DNA of 64,000 nt, taken from assembly GCF_009914755.1 (NCBI RefSeq), contig NC_060929.1; one strand, 5' to 3'. Shown piece by piece: positions 1-13,066 of the stretch. Made by a program: the position numbers and the translations under genes. This stretch comes from the human T2T-CHM13v2.0 reference genome, Homo sapiens. The number at the start of each line of letters is the position of its first letter. The stretch's first letter is position 1. The notes beneath the pieces are model-generated. The model made no database searches. It saw nothing but the letters and a program-made list of their open reading frames with translations, and was not told the DNA's origin.

Positions 1-369
1 AATATCTTGTGTCTTTGAGAATAACCCTGGAACATTTTTAAAGTTGTTTTTATTTCTGGAAATTGGTTTAAATCTCTTCTTTGAAGAAGTCTGTTAGAGC
101 GGTAAGAGGACTTGACTCAGATTGAGAGCCTGGCTCTGGTCCTTAATCTCTTCTTCTACCCTGGGCAAGTTACTCTTCCTCTTTGGCCTTGAGTTTTTTC
201 TTCTCAAACATGGAGACTCAATAATACCCACAATGCCTTTTAATGTGAGAATTCTTTGATTCTACAAATTGCTTTCAAAGTCAGTTTATAGGTGCAAAGT
301 AAAAATGTGATCATAAATTTAGACCAGTTATATGGGTCATTTATAGCAGTAGTTCACAGACTTTAGTCT

Positions 370-487
370 GCTTAAGGCTCACTTGAGGTTATTGTGAGAA
401 AGTCAGCTTCCAGGGCCTCATCCCTAGAGATTCTAATTTGGTAGGTCTATGGCCAAAATCTTCATTTAAACAAATCCTCTTGGGATC
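370..487. mobile_element. MER5-type hAT-Charlie DNA transposon fragment
   Basis: cagggcctcatccctagagattctaatttggtaggtct...tttaaacaaatcctc resembles the MER5A core. Confidence 0.6.
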
Positions 488-515
488 GTGTGTGTGTGTG
501 TGTGTGTGTGTGTGT
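488..515. repeat. (GT)14 microsatellite
   Basis: Directly visible. Confidence 0.97.
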
Positions 516-949
516 TTCTAATGATGGGGAACATGGTGCAAATATGAGAATCTTCGTAGGGGTAAACATAAGTTGAAAAAAAAACCTCTTTCCATAATTC
601 TTTTTTCTTTTTCTGGAGTAAACTTAACCATCTGATCCTCAGGAAAAGACACAACAACTACTTTAAGCAGATGTTCCTTGATTTCTGCAGGATCAGATGA
701 GGTGCAGGAGTTGCTGGCACAATAATGAGTAGAAATGCCAGCTGATTTGGAAGAGTCCCGGGCCCTTGAAGAGGATGAAATTAGAGGTCAGAAAACATAA
801 CTTTTGTTCCTAGCACTGCTATTTCTGTGCTGTGGTCTTGGACAAGTCATATAAGCCCTCTGAAGCACTCTTTGTACTTTCTAATTGGGATGGGCTCTGT
901 GATGCACTCAGGAATCCTCTTAGAAATGAATTGTTTACTCCTCTAGGTT

Positions 950-1323
950 CTGGAAGTTATCCTGGAAGATGGCCCTCAGCTTGGAGCCCTCTTTAGGGAT
1001 GGCCTCAGTTGAAACAAACTGCTTTTCCCAGGTCTGTCTCCTTCTAGAGCAACCTATAATACTGATTCATCCATATAGGGGTAGAAAGGCCCGGACTCCT
1101 TGCCCCAGCCAGTGACAATTTTGAAGAGCCAGCCTGGACCAGATGTCCCTGTGGCCCTGACAAAAAAGCCCTGAGGCCTTTGTTGTAACTGTCGCAATTC
1201 ACCTTCTCCCTCTGCCCAATCCTGCTTCCTTCTTCCTTCCTTCCACAGGTGTTGATTCTGAGAGCACTCCCTAGTAAATGGCTGATGTGCAAATATCTGT
1301 CCCAGGAAACCCAATTTGGGACA
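950..1323 (+). mobile_element. ERVL solo LTR (LTR16/LTR33-type)
   Basis: ctctgcccaatcctgcttcct...ccacaggtgttgat...cactccctagtaaa...ggaaacccaa is a typical 3' part of this LTR class. Confidence 0.6.
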
Positions 1324-2469
1324 GCGATAATAATAATGCTAGTCATGATAACAGAAGCTACCATTTATTGCATGCTGACTATAGGTCAGGCAAGATACCA
1401 AGTCTTGTATAAACATCATTCTGTTTTCTCTGCAAAACTGTCCTATCAGGTAGGAATTCTCATCTCCTTTTACAGGTGAGAAATAGTTTTATGAACTTAA
1501 GAGAAAACAATATATGTAAACGTGCTTTGATTATTACAAAATAGTATTACTTCTATTTATAAATTTCAACCGAAGAGATCTTCTTAAGCTCTGCAGCAGT
1601 ACTCTCTAGATGAAAGCCTTCCAACTGGCTCTCAGTGGGAGAGAAGGCAGCTCTTCTCTCATCCTCTGCCACCTGCCCCATTCAACCAACTCAAAGGGAA
1701 CCCAAGAGGCTGCTTGGTCCCTAGCCTATGACACTTTACAAATGCCGTGTATATTGTGATATCACTCTCTTTTTTTTTAAACAAAGGTACTTTGCTTGGA
1801 ATTCTGGTGGTATTTTTTCTAAATCCAGAAAATACATTTGCATAGGAAAAAAAACAGCAACTCTCTCTGTCTCTGTATTCTCAGCCTTTCATGGTCTACA
1901 TTACAGCTCATGTATTTACTCACCCATTGCACACCTTTCTAGCCATCTATCACATATAAGGAAGTGTGCCCAGCATGAGGTAACCAAAAAGAAGACCAAG
2001 CTGCAGTCCTTGCAAGAGGTTTTGCCCTAGGTGCTCTGTCCCAGACCTTGGCTGCAGTGCCTTCTTTGTATAGCTCAGTCTTCATGCCTCAGTCCCATCA
2101 ATGCATCCAAAGGTGGCAACAAAGGCCCCCTTTGCTGTGGCCTACAGCCTAAAATTCTTCCTATTTTGAAGGACTAAACTCACCCTAGAGTGAAAGGATC
2201 CCTGAATTAAGCTAAACATACTTCTCGACTGAGAATATCCATCTTGGTTTTTGCTTAAACCCATGTTAAGGTTTTCTACCATTTCCCAGCAAATTCAGTG
2301 ACATTCACCCTAAGAAAGTTAAGCTCTTGTTTAAAAGTAATTTTTAAAATTCCCTTTCTAATTAACCACTGACAGGCTCTCTGCCAATAACTGTGTTTAT
2401 TTTTTAGAAAATCAATTGCATTCTCTACAAAAGACTCATCCTTTTCAGTCAATATTCCCTCCATTACAC

Positions 2470-2720
2470 ACAGATAATGTTTACTGTAGCAGCTTCAGGG
2501 ACCAGAGTCCAGTTCTTTCATGGGGTTACCTGCAGCCAATCTAAATAGCAGGTGTTTGGAACGTCATCTCCCTAAACACTAACAGATTTCACCTTTATCA
2601 TGTTTACTAGTAAGTAGATGTGTTGGGAATACTAGGATTTTCTGCCTTCCTGCAGCCCTAAGATAAAGGTGCTGACTATGGGCAGTGTTTGCTGACTCAG
2701 CCCCGAGCTGTCTGTTAATA
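2470..2720. promoter_or_regulatory. Candidate enhancer: GATA/FOX pairs plus MARE/AP-1 site
   Basis: AGATAA-TGTTTAC 2472-2484; TTATCA-TGTTTAC 2595-2607; AGATAA 2661-2666; TGCTGAC 2670-2676; TGCTGACTCAGC 2690-2701. Confidence 0.4.
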
Positions 2721-2899
2721 CTGCCCAATGATTCCAGCTCAGGGTAGTCTGTGATATGTGTAAAGCAGTCATTGTTCTTGGGGCAAGGGAAGCCTGAGAA
2801 AATGGGGATACTGGATTTTGCTATTGTATGATGTAAGATACATGCAAAGCTGTGACGATTTTTTAAAAATAATCATATTAATCTTGTTTACTTCCAAAT

Positions 2900-3357
2900 T
2901 CATTTATTCATTAAACACACTTTATTCAGCCCCTGCTAGGTTCCAAGCACTGTTCTGGGTATAGACAGAAAGACATGAAGGCAGCCTTTCTGAAGCCTGC
3001 AGTCCAGGGTCAAAAGCAGAGAAACAATACACTAAGAAAGCAATATATAATTGAGATGGATATTATGAAGTAAATGAGAAAATGATCAAAAATTAAAGTG
3101 GGTGTGGTTTGGGGGCACCAGGAACCATTTAGACGGGATTATTACTGAAGGCTTTTTTAGGTTTACTTTTCTCATTTCCTTCATCACTGCTTATTGAGTT
3201 ACCCGTTTAAATATTTGCCCTCATTGGTCTGTAAGTTCTATGAATACAGGGACTTTAGCTGGTGACTGTTGTAGTCACTAGTGCATTTTCATGCACCATG
3301 CATACTTGGCACACAGTAAGTCTTTAAATATTTGCAGAATGAATAAATGAATGAATT
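2900..3357. mobile_element. L2 fragments (two pieces, opposite orientation)
   Basis: ttcatttattcatt...agcactgttctggg and ggcacacagtaag...aaatatttgcagaatgaataaatgaatgaat L2 3' ends. Confidence 0.65.
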
Positions 3358-5654
3358 AGACAATAGCTCCATCCCAAACACGCACATGCACATACACACT
3401 CTGACGCAGTAGGAGAGAAGAGGAACAGCATTTTTAGAGCTAAACGGGATAACATCCTGTCCTCCTTAACAGGAAGGATCTTGGAGTCAGTGCTAGAAAA
3501 TCTCTGAGCTTATAAGAAATGGATCCACATCATTTGTGAAACTGGAATTATCTGATAGGTGATTAAAGGTTTTGTCCATAGGACTCAGGAAGTAATAAAT
3601 CTATATTCTTTGAAGCTTAAGATAGAGTATTTGTTAGGCTACTTGCTGCTAGATGAGGCAAGATTGGATTTTTGTGGTCTCCTCTGGAAGATGCCCTCAT
3701 TGTAAGCTGCTGGAGGCTGGGTTTATTTGCCTCAGGAACATGTAACACAGTGATAATCTCCCATGGTTCTAGAAAGGCTGAAAACTATAGGTAGGGGTTT
3801 GATCCACTAATCCATCTTCTGTGGCTTACTATTGATTGAATTTGGCTAATGGTGAGATGGAGACTTTACTGTCCTTCTGCAGTAAATTTTGTTATGTCCT
3901 GGAAGGCATCACTCTCTCTTTCCAGTCAAATTGTCCAAACAATTGGTCTTCTTTTTGGTTACCTCTTGTGCTGGGCACACTTCCTCATGTATGGTAGATG
4001 ACCTCAGTGCATCTTCCTTTCTTTGTGTGTGAGAGAAAAGAGAGATGCCAGGGTCTGACTCTAGAAACCCAGAGAAAAAGAGTCTAAAATTAATAAGAGG
4101 TTATTACAGACAACAACGGCTCTTCAGAATCCTAACAATAGATTTCACTTTTGAGGAGGAACTATTATTTACTTTAGGAATAATAGAAAGAAATTCTTTC
4201 CACTTGTGAATTCTGTAGAGTACTATCACATTCCAAGATTGATGTGTGGGAATAGGAATTACAAACATATTGTATTTAAAAAGGATCAAACTTGATTCTA
4301 CATGAAAGTATCTATATTATTACAATGACCAAGACCTACTCTCTGGGCAACTTGGACCCTTAGTATCCCAGGGATACTTGAGGTAGAGACCAGAAAAGAC
4401 TTGAGCTATTCTGTCACTGAGTAACATGGTGCTCATCATGCCAGAGAATTGAGCAATATTCACATACAAGCCTGACTCAGTATTACTTCCATGAAGATTT
4501 TTTTTGGCCACAATTTTATATTATTTTTACTAATTTCCTTCAAGACCAACCCCTCATATCTTCATGGTAACGCCCGTAAGAAACAAAGCAGATGGAGGGT
4601 TTCCGATGCTATCTTTACTAGGAGTCTTGTCTTTCCTTGTTTTGGGATGTTACCAATAGGCCAGCATCCTTGGAAATCTGTTTTAACTTTTCTCCCTTTG
4701 AGGATCTTTCTCTAAGGAAACTGAAGGTGCTTCTATGATAAGAGAACTCTAGACTTGAGCGAGATGTCAGTAGAAGGTTTCTAATATATCTGGTTTGGAA
4801 TAAAAAGAAGGTCATATGTGAACCCAGTGTCATTTGACTTTGGGGAGAGATGGTCAGTAACCTAGCACAGAATGTGATTGTTAACAGATTAAAGTATTTT
4901 CTGCCCACCTGAGTTTATACTAGACTATTATGCTGATTTATGATTAATATTGGGCCTTAATTCAGACCCAACTAAGGGCTTGAATTATCAATCAATAGGC
5001 CTTTGAAACCTTAATTAACTATTATTTCTTAATGGAATCATAGAAACTTAGAAGTAAGAGACTATCTGACCCAATTCCTCTAATGTATGGAATTTGAGAC
5101 CCAGAAAGTAAAAATAATTTCCCAGAACACTTCTTCCATTGTATGTATCCTATGGTCTTGTTAATGAAAATGTATCATGTTTAATTTTAAGGTTTCTGTC
5201 TACTCGGAATTATCTGAGTCTCCAAATTCATTTCAGTGTAATTTTTTTAATTAAGAAAGAAGGTAAGCATAAATCAGCTACTCATTGTCTTAGTTAATGA
5301 ATTTCCTCTTCCAAGTCAAGATATTTATGAATATGATGTTGCTGCTTTTCTTTTACTTTATTCACAAAATCTTTTTTGATGTCGACTTTTAGAAACATTC
5401 TGGGACATTAGTTACTGAATATTGGGCTAGACTAACAATTTCAGGTACTCTTTGACAAATCATTCTGACCCAGCCCGGCAGAACCTATGTTCCCCTCTAA
5501 CCACAAATGCTTTAACAGCAAGTAGGGAAGAAATATCGCTAATAATTCTGAGACCTGATTTGAAATCCAAGGTAACAGAAATTGTATTACAAACTGGGAT
5601 TAAATTCCTGAACTAGGTCACAAAAGCTTACTTAACTCACACTTTTTTTGTTTC

Positions 5655-6195
5655 TGTTAGGGTTGTTTCTGTGCAATAAAAAGAAAATATTAGTCAAACA
5701 AATTATAACTTAAATAAAAAAGACTACTTAATGGCTTACGTATCCAAAGAGTCCAAGGATAAACCTAGCCTCAGTAATGGCATGATCTACAGTTAATTGA
5801 CACACCAGCACCTAGTTTTTCTCTCTCCTTGTCTTGACTCTCCTTCTTCTGTTTGGAGTACATTATCACACACTTTCTCTTCTAAAAGAGGCAAGTTGAT
5901 TGCAGCAGATGCAGCCTACTTCAACTAGGTTCAAGTGGAAGAGCAATCTCTTTCTTGAAGTTCCCACATGAGTCTAATTGGACAAACTAGAATCACATGT
6001 TCTTTCCTCATCCAATCACTGTGGCTAGTGAAATGAAGTGAGCTGATTGGCTAGGGCTGGCTTATGGGTTCCACTCTTGGATTTGGAGGGAATCCTCACT
6101 CAAAGTAAATAATTTGGGAGTGGATAAGGGGACAAAGTTTCAAAAGAAAATCAGGGTAAAATAATCAAATAAGGAATGGCTGTAGGAAGGCAAAA
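5655..6195 (-). mobile_element. Old MaLR LTR (MLT1J/K-like)
   Basis: ccaatcactgtggctagtgaaatg...gctgattggctagg motif typical of MLT1J/K. Confidence 0.6.
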
Positions 6196-6439
6196 ACATA
6201 AACTATACTTGGCCTTATTCCCAAAGATATGGAAGGTGATTTTTTAAAGACTAGGTTTTGATGTCATTCTCTATGTTCTCTATTAATGCATGAAATGAAA
6301 TTGGCTGGAAACCCGAACACCTTATCACATATTTCCACAGATCCATCTTTTCTCTTTCAGTTGTGAATCTTTTAGTATCTTGAATTAACTTAGAAAAACA
6401 AAAGAGTTTGGCCACTTGAATCTTAGGAATTTGCTTCTC

Positions 6440-6582
6440 AACAGTGTGATTCTCATATTAGCAGCATTTGGTTCACCCAGGAACCTTCAGAAATGCAGAA
6501 TCTCAGGTCCCACCCCAGACCTGTTGAGTCAGAACTTGCATTGTAACAAATACCTAAGGAACTTGTATTTACATTAAAGCTT
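6440..6582. mobile_element. MER5-type DNA transposon, interrupted by L1
   Basis: agaaatgcagaatctcaggtcccaccccagacctgttgagtcagaa...acattaaagctt; the terminus gagaaaca reappears at ~7960. Confidence 0.7.
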
Positions 6583-7935
6583 TTTCATGGCTGATTAAGA
6601 GTTTTTTCTTTATCACTGGTTTTAAGCAATTTGATTATGATGTACCTTGGTATCCTTTTCTTCATGTCTTATGCTTGGGGTTAATTGAACTTCTTGGGTC
6701 AACACATTTGTAAACATTTCAGTCATTATTCCTTCAATATTTTTACAATACCATACTTCCTCTTTTCCTTCAAGTACCTCAACTTACATATACAATCCTG
6801 TGTAAAGTTCGTCTGCAATTCATCGATGCTGTGTTCATTTTTTTTCAGTTTCTTCTTCTGTGTTTCCTTTTGAAGTTTTATTTCGATGTCTTCAAGTTTA
6901 GTAATATTTTCTTCAGCAGTGTCTAATCCCACAGTTAATCCTATCCGGTGTATTTTTCATCTCAATTATTGCATTTTTATTATTTAGTTCAACTTAGATC
7001 TTTAAAATATATATAATATTTATATATATTATATATAGTCATATCTATAATGTCCTCCTGCCTTCCTCTACCTTCTTTAACATATGGAATGTATTTATAA
7101 TAACTGTTTTAATGTCCTTTTCTACTAATTCTATCATCTGTGTCATTTCTGAGCCTATTTACATTGATTGATTTCTCTCCTCATTATGGGTGCTATTTTC
7201 TCACTTTTTTGTCTACCTGGAATTTTTTATTGGATGCCAGACATTGTAGACTTTATTTTGTTTGGTAAACATTTTATATTCCTTTAAATTTCATATGCTT
7301 TATTCTGGGACACAATTTATTTAGAAATAATTTTATCCTTTCAAGGAATTTCTTTTAAGCTTTGCTAGGTAGGACAAAGGTAACTTTTTAGTTTAGGGCT
7401 AATTTTGTTCTACATCCTTAGAGGCAGAACAATACCTGATGTCCATGTATTACAAAGTTCTTCCCGCTGTGGCTGGTGGGAACACAAACTATGACCACCG
7501 TGTATGAGCTCCAGGGATTATTTCATTTCCTTTATCCAGGAATTATGTAGTTTTCTTACATCCGTGATGCATTCACCTGTACTCAGCTGAACCTTTTGCA
7601 GATTTCTGGGGCTCTCTCTCTGTGCAACCATCTCTTATCCAGCTCTGCTCTGCAAATTCGAGCCACCTTGACCTCCCAAATTTTCATCACTGTTTCTTCA
7701 ACTGAGGTAGTACACTGGGCTCTGTTTGGGTTCCCGTATCCTGCACTGTGACCTTGAAACTTTTCGAGGTAGTCAGCCAGAGTAGTAATCATAGGACCCA
7801 CTTAATTTGTTTTTCTTCCTTCAGGGATCACTGTCCTGTACTGCCTGTTGTCCAAACGTTTGAATACCATTGTTTCATATATTTTATCAAGTTTTATAGT
7901 TGTCTAAGGCAGGAGGGTAAATCTAGTCTCTATAT
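6583..7935 (-). mobile_element. Ancient L1M fragment (5' region/ORF1)
   Basis: ORF 6726-6932(-) LDTAEENITKLED...NEHSIDEL resembles the L1 ORF1p coiled coil. Confidence 0.8.
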
Positions 7936-8659
7936 GGAGTTCCTGCACATTCAAGCTTGAGAAACAATCTTAGAAGACTTCATTAGCCTCATTGTGTCCA
8001 CCAAGTTCTATCCAAACTTGCTCAGAGATGGAGTCATCCCCTAAGATTTTATGAGACCCAATACAATTTTTTTTTCATAATTTCTTCTCAGATGCCACCC
8101 TTTTTCTGAAAAGAGGTTTCTGATGCCTTCTACGCTAGAGTTGATGTACTCTTGGTAAACCAAGATTTATGAGATCACTGATAAGTTCAGTATCCGTCTC
8201 TGGAGAACCCAAATACCTTAATAATATATATCACTGACATTGTTTTCTATTGAAAAGATCTGGGAGATAATAAAAGTGATATTCTAAAGCAATTAGTTGA
8301 GGCAACAGAAAAAACAAAAACATAAAAAAAGCCATTAGGCAAATGTTGACCATTTGAAGCCATTCTGCTTTGAAATTAGGTCAGATAATAGGAAAAGGGT
8401 GGAACTCTGGAAATTTTCTGCCCATCACCAATTTGAATATTAGACCAATTCACTATTCATAGAAATCCCAGAAGATACTCATGCATATCTTTGGAAACAG
8501 GTAGCCTGAATTTGAAACAAGCTTTGGGAACACAGCCCACTCGTAAATGAGAGACACCTAACTCTCCCATACCCACAACTCTGGAAAATGAAGACTTTGG
8601 GTTTCCTTAGCATTTTTGGGTCTGCCCTATATTAATGTCTAAGAAACACCACTTGTGTT

Positions 8660-9550
8660 TCTCCACCTTTCTGCCACCACTCTTGCCAAGCCAACATCGT
8701 CTCCCACTTGGACTATTGCATGGCCCCCGAAGTAATCACCTTGTTCATGCTCTTTGCATATTTCAGTCCTTTGTCCATACAATCAGCCAGAGTCATTTTT
8801 TAAAAGCTATTTTCTGATCCTATTACTACCCTTCTTAAATTTTTCTAATGGCTTCCCAAAGCACTTAGAGTGAAATCTAAGCTTCTTATCACAGCCCTTC
8901 TGGCTTCCTTTCCAGCTCATCTCGTATTGCTTGTTTCCTCTGCTCCAAGCATCCTGGCTTGCTTCGTTTTTCTAGCAAGCCAAGTCCTTTCTTACCTCCT
9001 GCTCTTTGTAGTTAGCCAGAGTAATCACAGGACCACCCTAATTTGTTTTTCTTCCTTCGGGGATCACTGCCGTTTACTGCCTGTTGTCCAAACTTTTGAA
9101 TACTGTTGTTTCATATATTTTATCAATTTTTAAGTTGTCTAAGTCAGGAGGGTAAATCTAGTCTCTGTATTCCATCATAGCCCAAACTGGGAGTTCCTGC
9201 ACATTCAAGCTTGAGAAACACTGTTAAAAGACAGTGTGTTGTTCTCTCTTCCCATGTGCACTTCATCTAGATCTTTTCACTGCTGGCTGTTTCTACTTAC
9301 TTTAAATCAGAGCTCAAAATCTTACAGAAGCTTTTCTGACCATACTACCTAAAGTAGCTTTTCTCTAATATCAAATCACTTTATTTTTCTCAATGGAATT
9401 CATTATCATTTGGAATTTTCTTGGTTTGTCTATCTCCCCCATTAGAATATAAGCTTCGTGAGGACAGGTAACTTGTCCATCTTGTTCACAGCTATAACCT
9501 CATGCTTAGAAAGTGCTCAGCACATGGCAGCCACTTGCTGGATGTTGCTG
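8660..9550 (+). mobile_element. L2 fragment, interrupted at 9008-9232 by a duplicated segment
   Basis: cagccagagtcattttttaaaa, aatggcttccc, attagaatataagcttcgtgaggacagg are L2 hallmarks. Confidence 0.75.
9008..9232 (+). repeat. Dispersed direct duplicate of 7769-7978
   Basis: Colinear match from gtagt(c/t)agccagagta to ggagttcctgcacattcaagcttgagaaaca. Confidence 0.92.
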
Positions 9551-11675
9551 GATGTTAAAAAGAACTGTGAGCCCACCATGGGTGCAAAAAAGTTTAAGCT
9601 AATTTATACTTATATTTTAAAAATCAATTTTTAAACCAATTTATGTCAGATCTGTTTATGCTTCTAATCTTGGTTGCTGGTACATAAATATATTAAACAT
9701 ATCTTTGGCTTTCTTTGAGCATTTATTATAGCATAGTTAATGTGCAGACAATTTTAGTGTATTTTATTGTATATTTTTCTTATATTTCAACAAACATGTT
9801 TTGGGTATGCTAGACCTGAAAATCTGTGATGAAAATATGAAATTGTTTTTTCAAAAGTAGATTCTTAGATCCCTCCTTCTGAAAACAAACTGGAATGGGG
9901 TTTTAGACTCATAGGAGACTTCATATACATAAAGGAATACATAAATATATAAGTATATGTTTTTTGAACATATATATATATATGCACACACATACATTAT
10001 CTTATTTTCAACCACATCAGGTACATGTGTAACTTTCATGTAATGCTATGTGATGTAATTTTACCTGAAGAAAGCAATACCTTACCTAATACCCCTTTGA
10101 TGCCTTTAATTGAAATTATATAATCAGTTGTTATTTATGAGCACAGTATTTTAAAAATTTACATTATGAAGTACTGTGGGGTTTGTCAGTGCATACACAG
10201 CATGGTGGGGATTCCCATAACAGGAAATTGATTCAGGGCAAAATTTCATTTAGTTTTTGAAAGTATATTCCTTTCTTCCAGGCATGGGCTTTTCATAGGG
10301 CTGTGAAGAAGATTGCACTTAGTGGAATGGAGGGATGCACTGCCCTGTTCTAGGGACCTTCATGCTATTTTGAGTGTATGTTGTTTCTATTCAAATGATT
10401 CCCCAACTGTGGTTGCCTATTAGAGTAAAGAATCAACAGGGTCTTTGGTAACCATGGAAGCCACTGGCTCTCGAATGAGTTATTTTTAGGTTGCTTCACA
10501 GAATAAATTTCTCTTCTTTCCTGAGAGGAAAATAGTGTAATATGATCTTTACAATGTGAGACCTCAGCCATGGAAGCCAGAAAGGGCCATTGAAAAAAGG
10601 AGGATTTTATATTGCCTTATTTTATTGATAATCCAAATTTTAGTCCAGATGAGACTTGGAAAGTTACATTAATGGTAGGCACTTTACAAAATCTAGGAGT
10701 CATCAAACAGCTCTCACTGGGACCTCAACTTTTAGAATTTTAGTTCTAGCATTTCTTAAATTTGTTTTTCCCTTTGCTAATCAGAGCCTCAAAGGAAAGC
10801 CCCAAGTAAATCCTGCTAGTACTTCAATTAGAAGATATTGAGAAAGCAGTTTATGCCTCTGACTTCTGGGTAGATTAGGATGTAGTGACATTTCTATAGG
10901 TTGCTTAATTCAGACTTGGTTTTCCCTTTTAGCCTCAGATTAGGAAGAAGAAAAAATGACTGTGATCAGCTAGCATTTCTTAACAATAAACTCTTGTCTC
11001 AGTATTATTTTGAAAATCTGCATTGACAGAAATTTTTAAAAACAGTAATTATGAATTCTCCCCTGACCAAAGGACAAATTGCATTTTGCTCCTGGAAATG
11101 CCTCTATATTATTAATATTATTGTTGTTATTTATGAAGTGACTCAAGGGTGTGTTCATGAGTGTTGGAAGATGTATGGAAGAAGCAGAAGACCAGATTTC
11201 TTTCTAATTAGGTCAGCCAAGGCTAGAAAGTGATTATATTCATATTATTTCTGCTTTCACCTAAATAGTCTTTTAAATAGAACCTAGAAAAAAATGGAAT
11301 GTCAGACCTGTAAAGAGCCTTTAGCACGGGCCTCATTTTGCAAAATGAGAAGAAGCCCCAGCCAGTTGTCTCTCGTTTCTCTTGACTTGGGATCCATTGA
11401 TCTGTCATGGACAAGCCTAAGATCATACCAGGGGACTCAATGTTAGGGGCTTCGCTTCACACCTACAATGAAATCCAAACTCATGATCATGGCTACCAAG
11501 TGGGCTCACACCTGCTGATGCCTCCTACCTCCTGCGCTCCCTCCCTGTGCCTCATCCACATGTTTCAGTACACCCATTTTTCCCTTTCCTGAAAATACAA
11601 GTTTGTTGAAATGTGTAGGCTCTTTGTGCTTTCTGGGGACCGTGCTTTAAAGCCTTTTCCCTGATTTGGAATGGC

Positions 11676-12752
11676 TGTAGGCAGAATTCTAAGAAGGCCC
11701 CCAAGCTTCCCACACTTGAGAGTTTCCCACACCCTATATAATCCACTGTTGTGCTGGACCCCTTTGAATCTCAGTAGGGATGGCACCAAGTTTGAGAAGC
11801 CAAAGAAAAGACCTGAAGCCAGCAAATGAGACATGGGGTCTTACTGGGGGCTTCCATACAGGGTAGAGAGTCCAGTGGTGGTGGCTGGGCAGGAAAACTG
11901 CAACCACTTACAAAAAACATGCAGTTTGTATAGCATTTTCACTTTGCACCCTCCCGCTAACAACTTCCACCTGGCAGCCTTCATTTAACCCAAAACAAAG
12001 GGCCTGAATATCCTGTATGGCCTGCCTAACACTGATGGGACGGGGGCACAGGTGTTTCTCACAGATAAGGAATGGATCCCTGGGTTGGCCACTCCCAGAT
12101 TCTCTAGCTCAGAATCCCTAACCCCACTCAGGTCCACGTGCCATACAGGTTCATTCTCAAGGTATGCTTAAGTTATTACTATCAGGTGCATTTACCATAT
12201 ACCACTCACACTGACTGCTGGGGCTTGGGGGCCAGTGAATATGATGCTACATCACTCCAGTGATGTTGTTACTGATCAGCTGATGGAGTTAATCAAAAGA
12301 CAGACTCCCACATGGGTCTGATCTAATTGAGTGATCCCTTTAAAAGAAGGTGAAGTATCAGAAAGACACTCCCCTGCTGGCCTAATGGAAAGCAAACAGC
12401 CATATTGTGAGAGGAGGGTCCATGTGGTACATGCCTGAGGATGGTGTCGATGTCTAGGAGCTGAGGGTGGTCCCCAGCCAGCAGCTAGCAAGACAACGGG
12501 CACCGCTGTTAAACAGACACGAGGAAAAGAATCCTGCCAACAACCAAGGAACTTGGGAGAGGACTACTCTGAACCTCAAATGAGATCACAGCTCCTGCGA
12601 ACACTTTGACTTCGGCCTGCAAAACCCAGAGTGGAGGACTGACAAACCAGCCCAGCCTCCTGACTCACAGAAACTTCAGTAAGTAAGACAGTAAGCTGTG
12701 TAAAGGTGCTGAGTTTGTGGCAATTTGTTACACAATAATAGAAAACTAATAT
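11676..12752 (+). mobile_element. MLT1E-like MaLR LTR, interrupted by another LTR
   Basis: Starts tgtaggcagaattctaagaaggccccc; ends tttgtggcaatttgttacacaataatagaaaactaata. Confidence 0.8.
11786..12203 (-). mobile_element. Solo LTR, LTR47-like (ERVL), nested in MLT1E
   Basis: Reverse complement start ...atggtaaatgcacctgatagtaataacttaagcataccttgagaatga. Confidence 0.6.
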
Positions 12753-12759
12753 CTCCTCT

Positions 12760-12987
12760 TTCACGTCTCAGCTCTTACCATTTCCTCAGATAGGCTTTCC
12801 CTGAGCCCTCTAATGTTTTGTGTCCCCTGCCCCTATGATCTTGATTTGTTCTTTTGTGAGCACTTAACAGAATCTAAAGCCACCTTATTTGCTTACTATT
12901 TTGATGGTTGCTGTATTCCCTAGCACTTGCGATGATGTTGCACACATAGTAGGCATGCAATAAATATTTGTTGAATGAATCACTGAA
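12760..12987 (+). mobile_element. L2 3' end
   Basis: cacacatagtaggcatgcaataaatatttgttgaatgaat. Confidence 0.7.
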
Positions 12988-13047
12988 TCCAAATTAATTA
13001 ATTAGTTTTTATCAGCTGCCCATGACTAAACTGCTAAATTAGTCCCT

Positions 13048-13066
13048 GGACCACCAGGTGGCAGAT
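13048..13066 (+). promoter_or_regulatory. Candidate CTCF site
   Basis: ggaCCACCAGGTGGCAG matches the CTCF core CCASYAGRKGGCRS. Confidence 0.55.
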
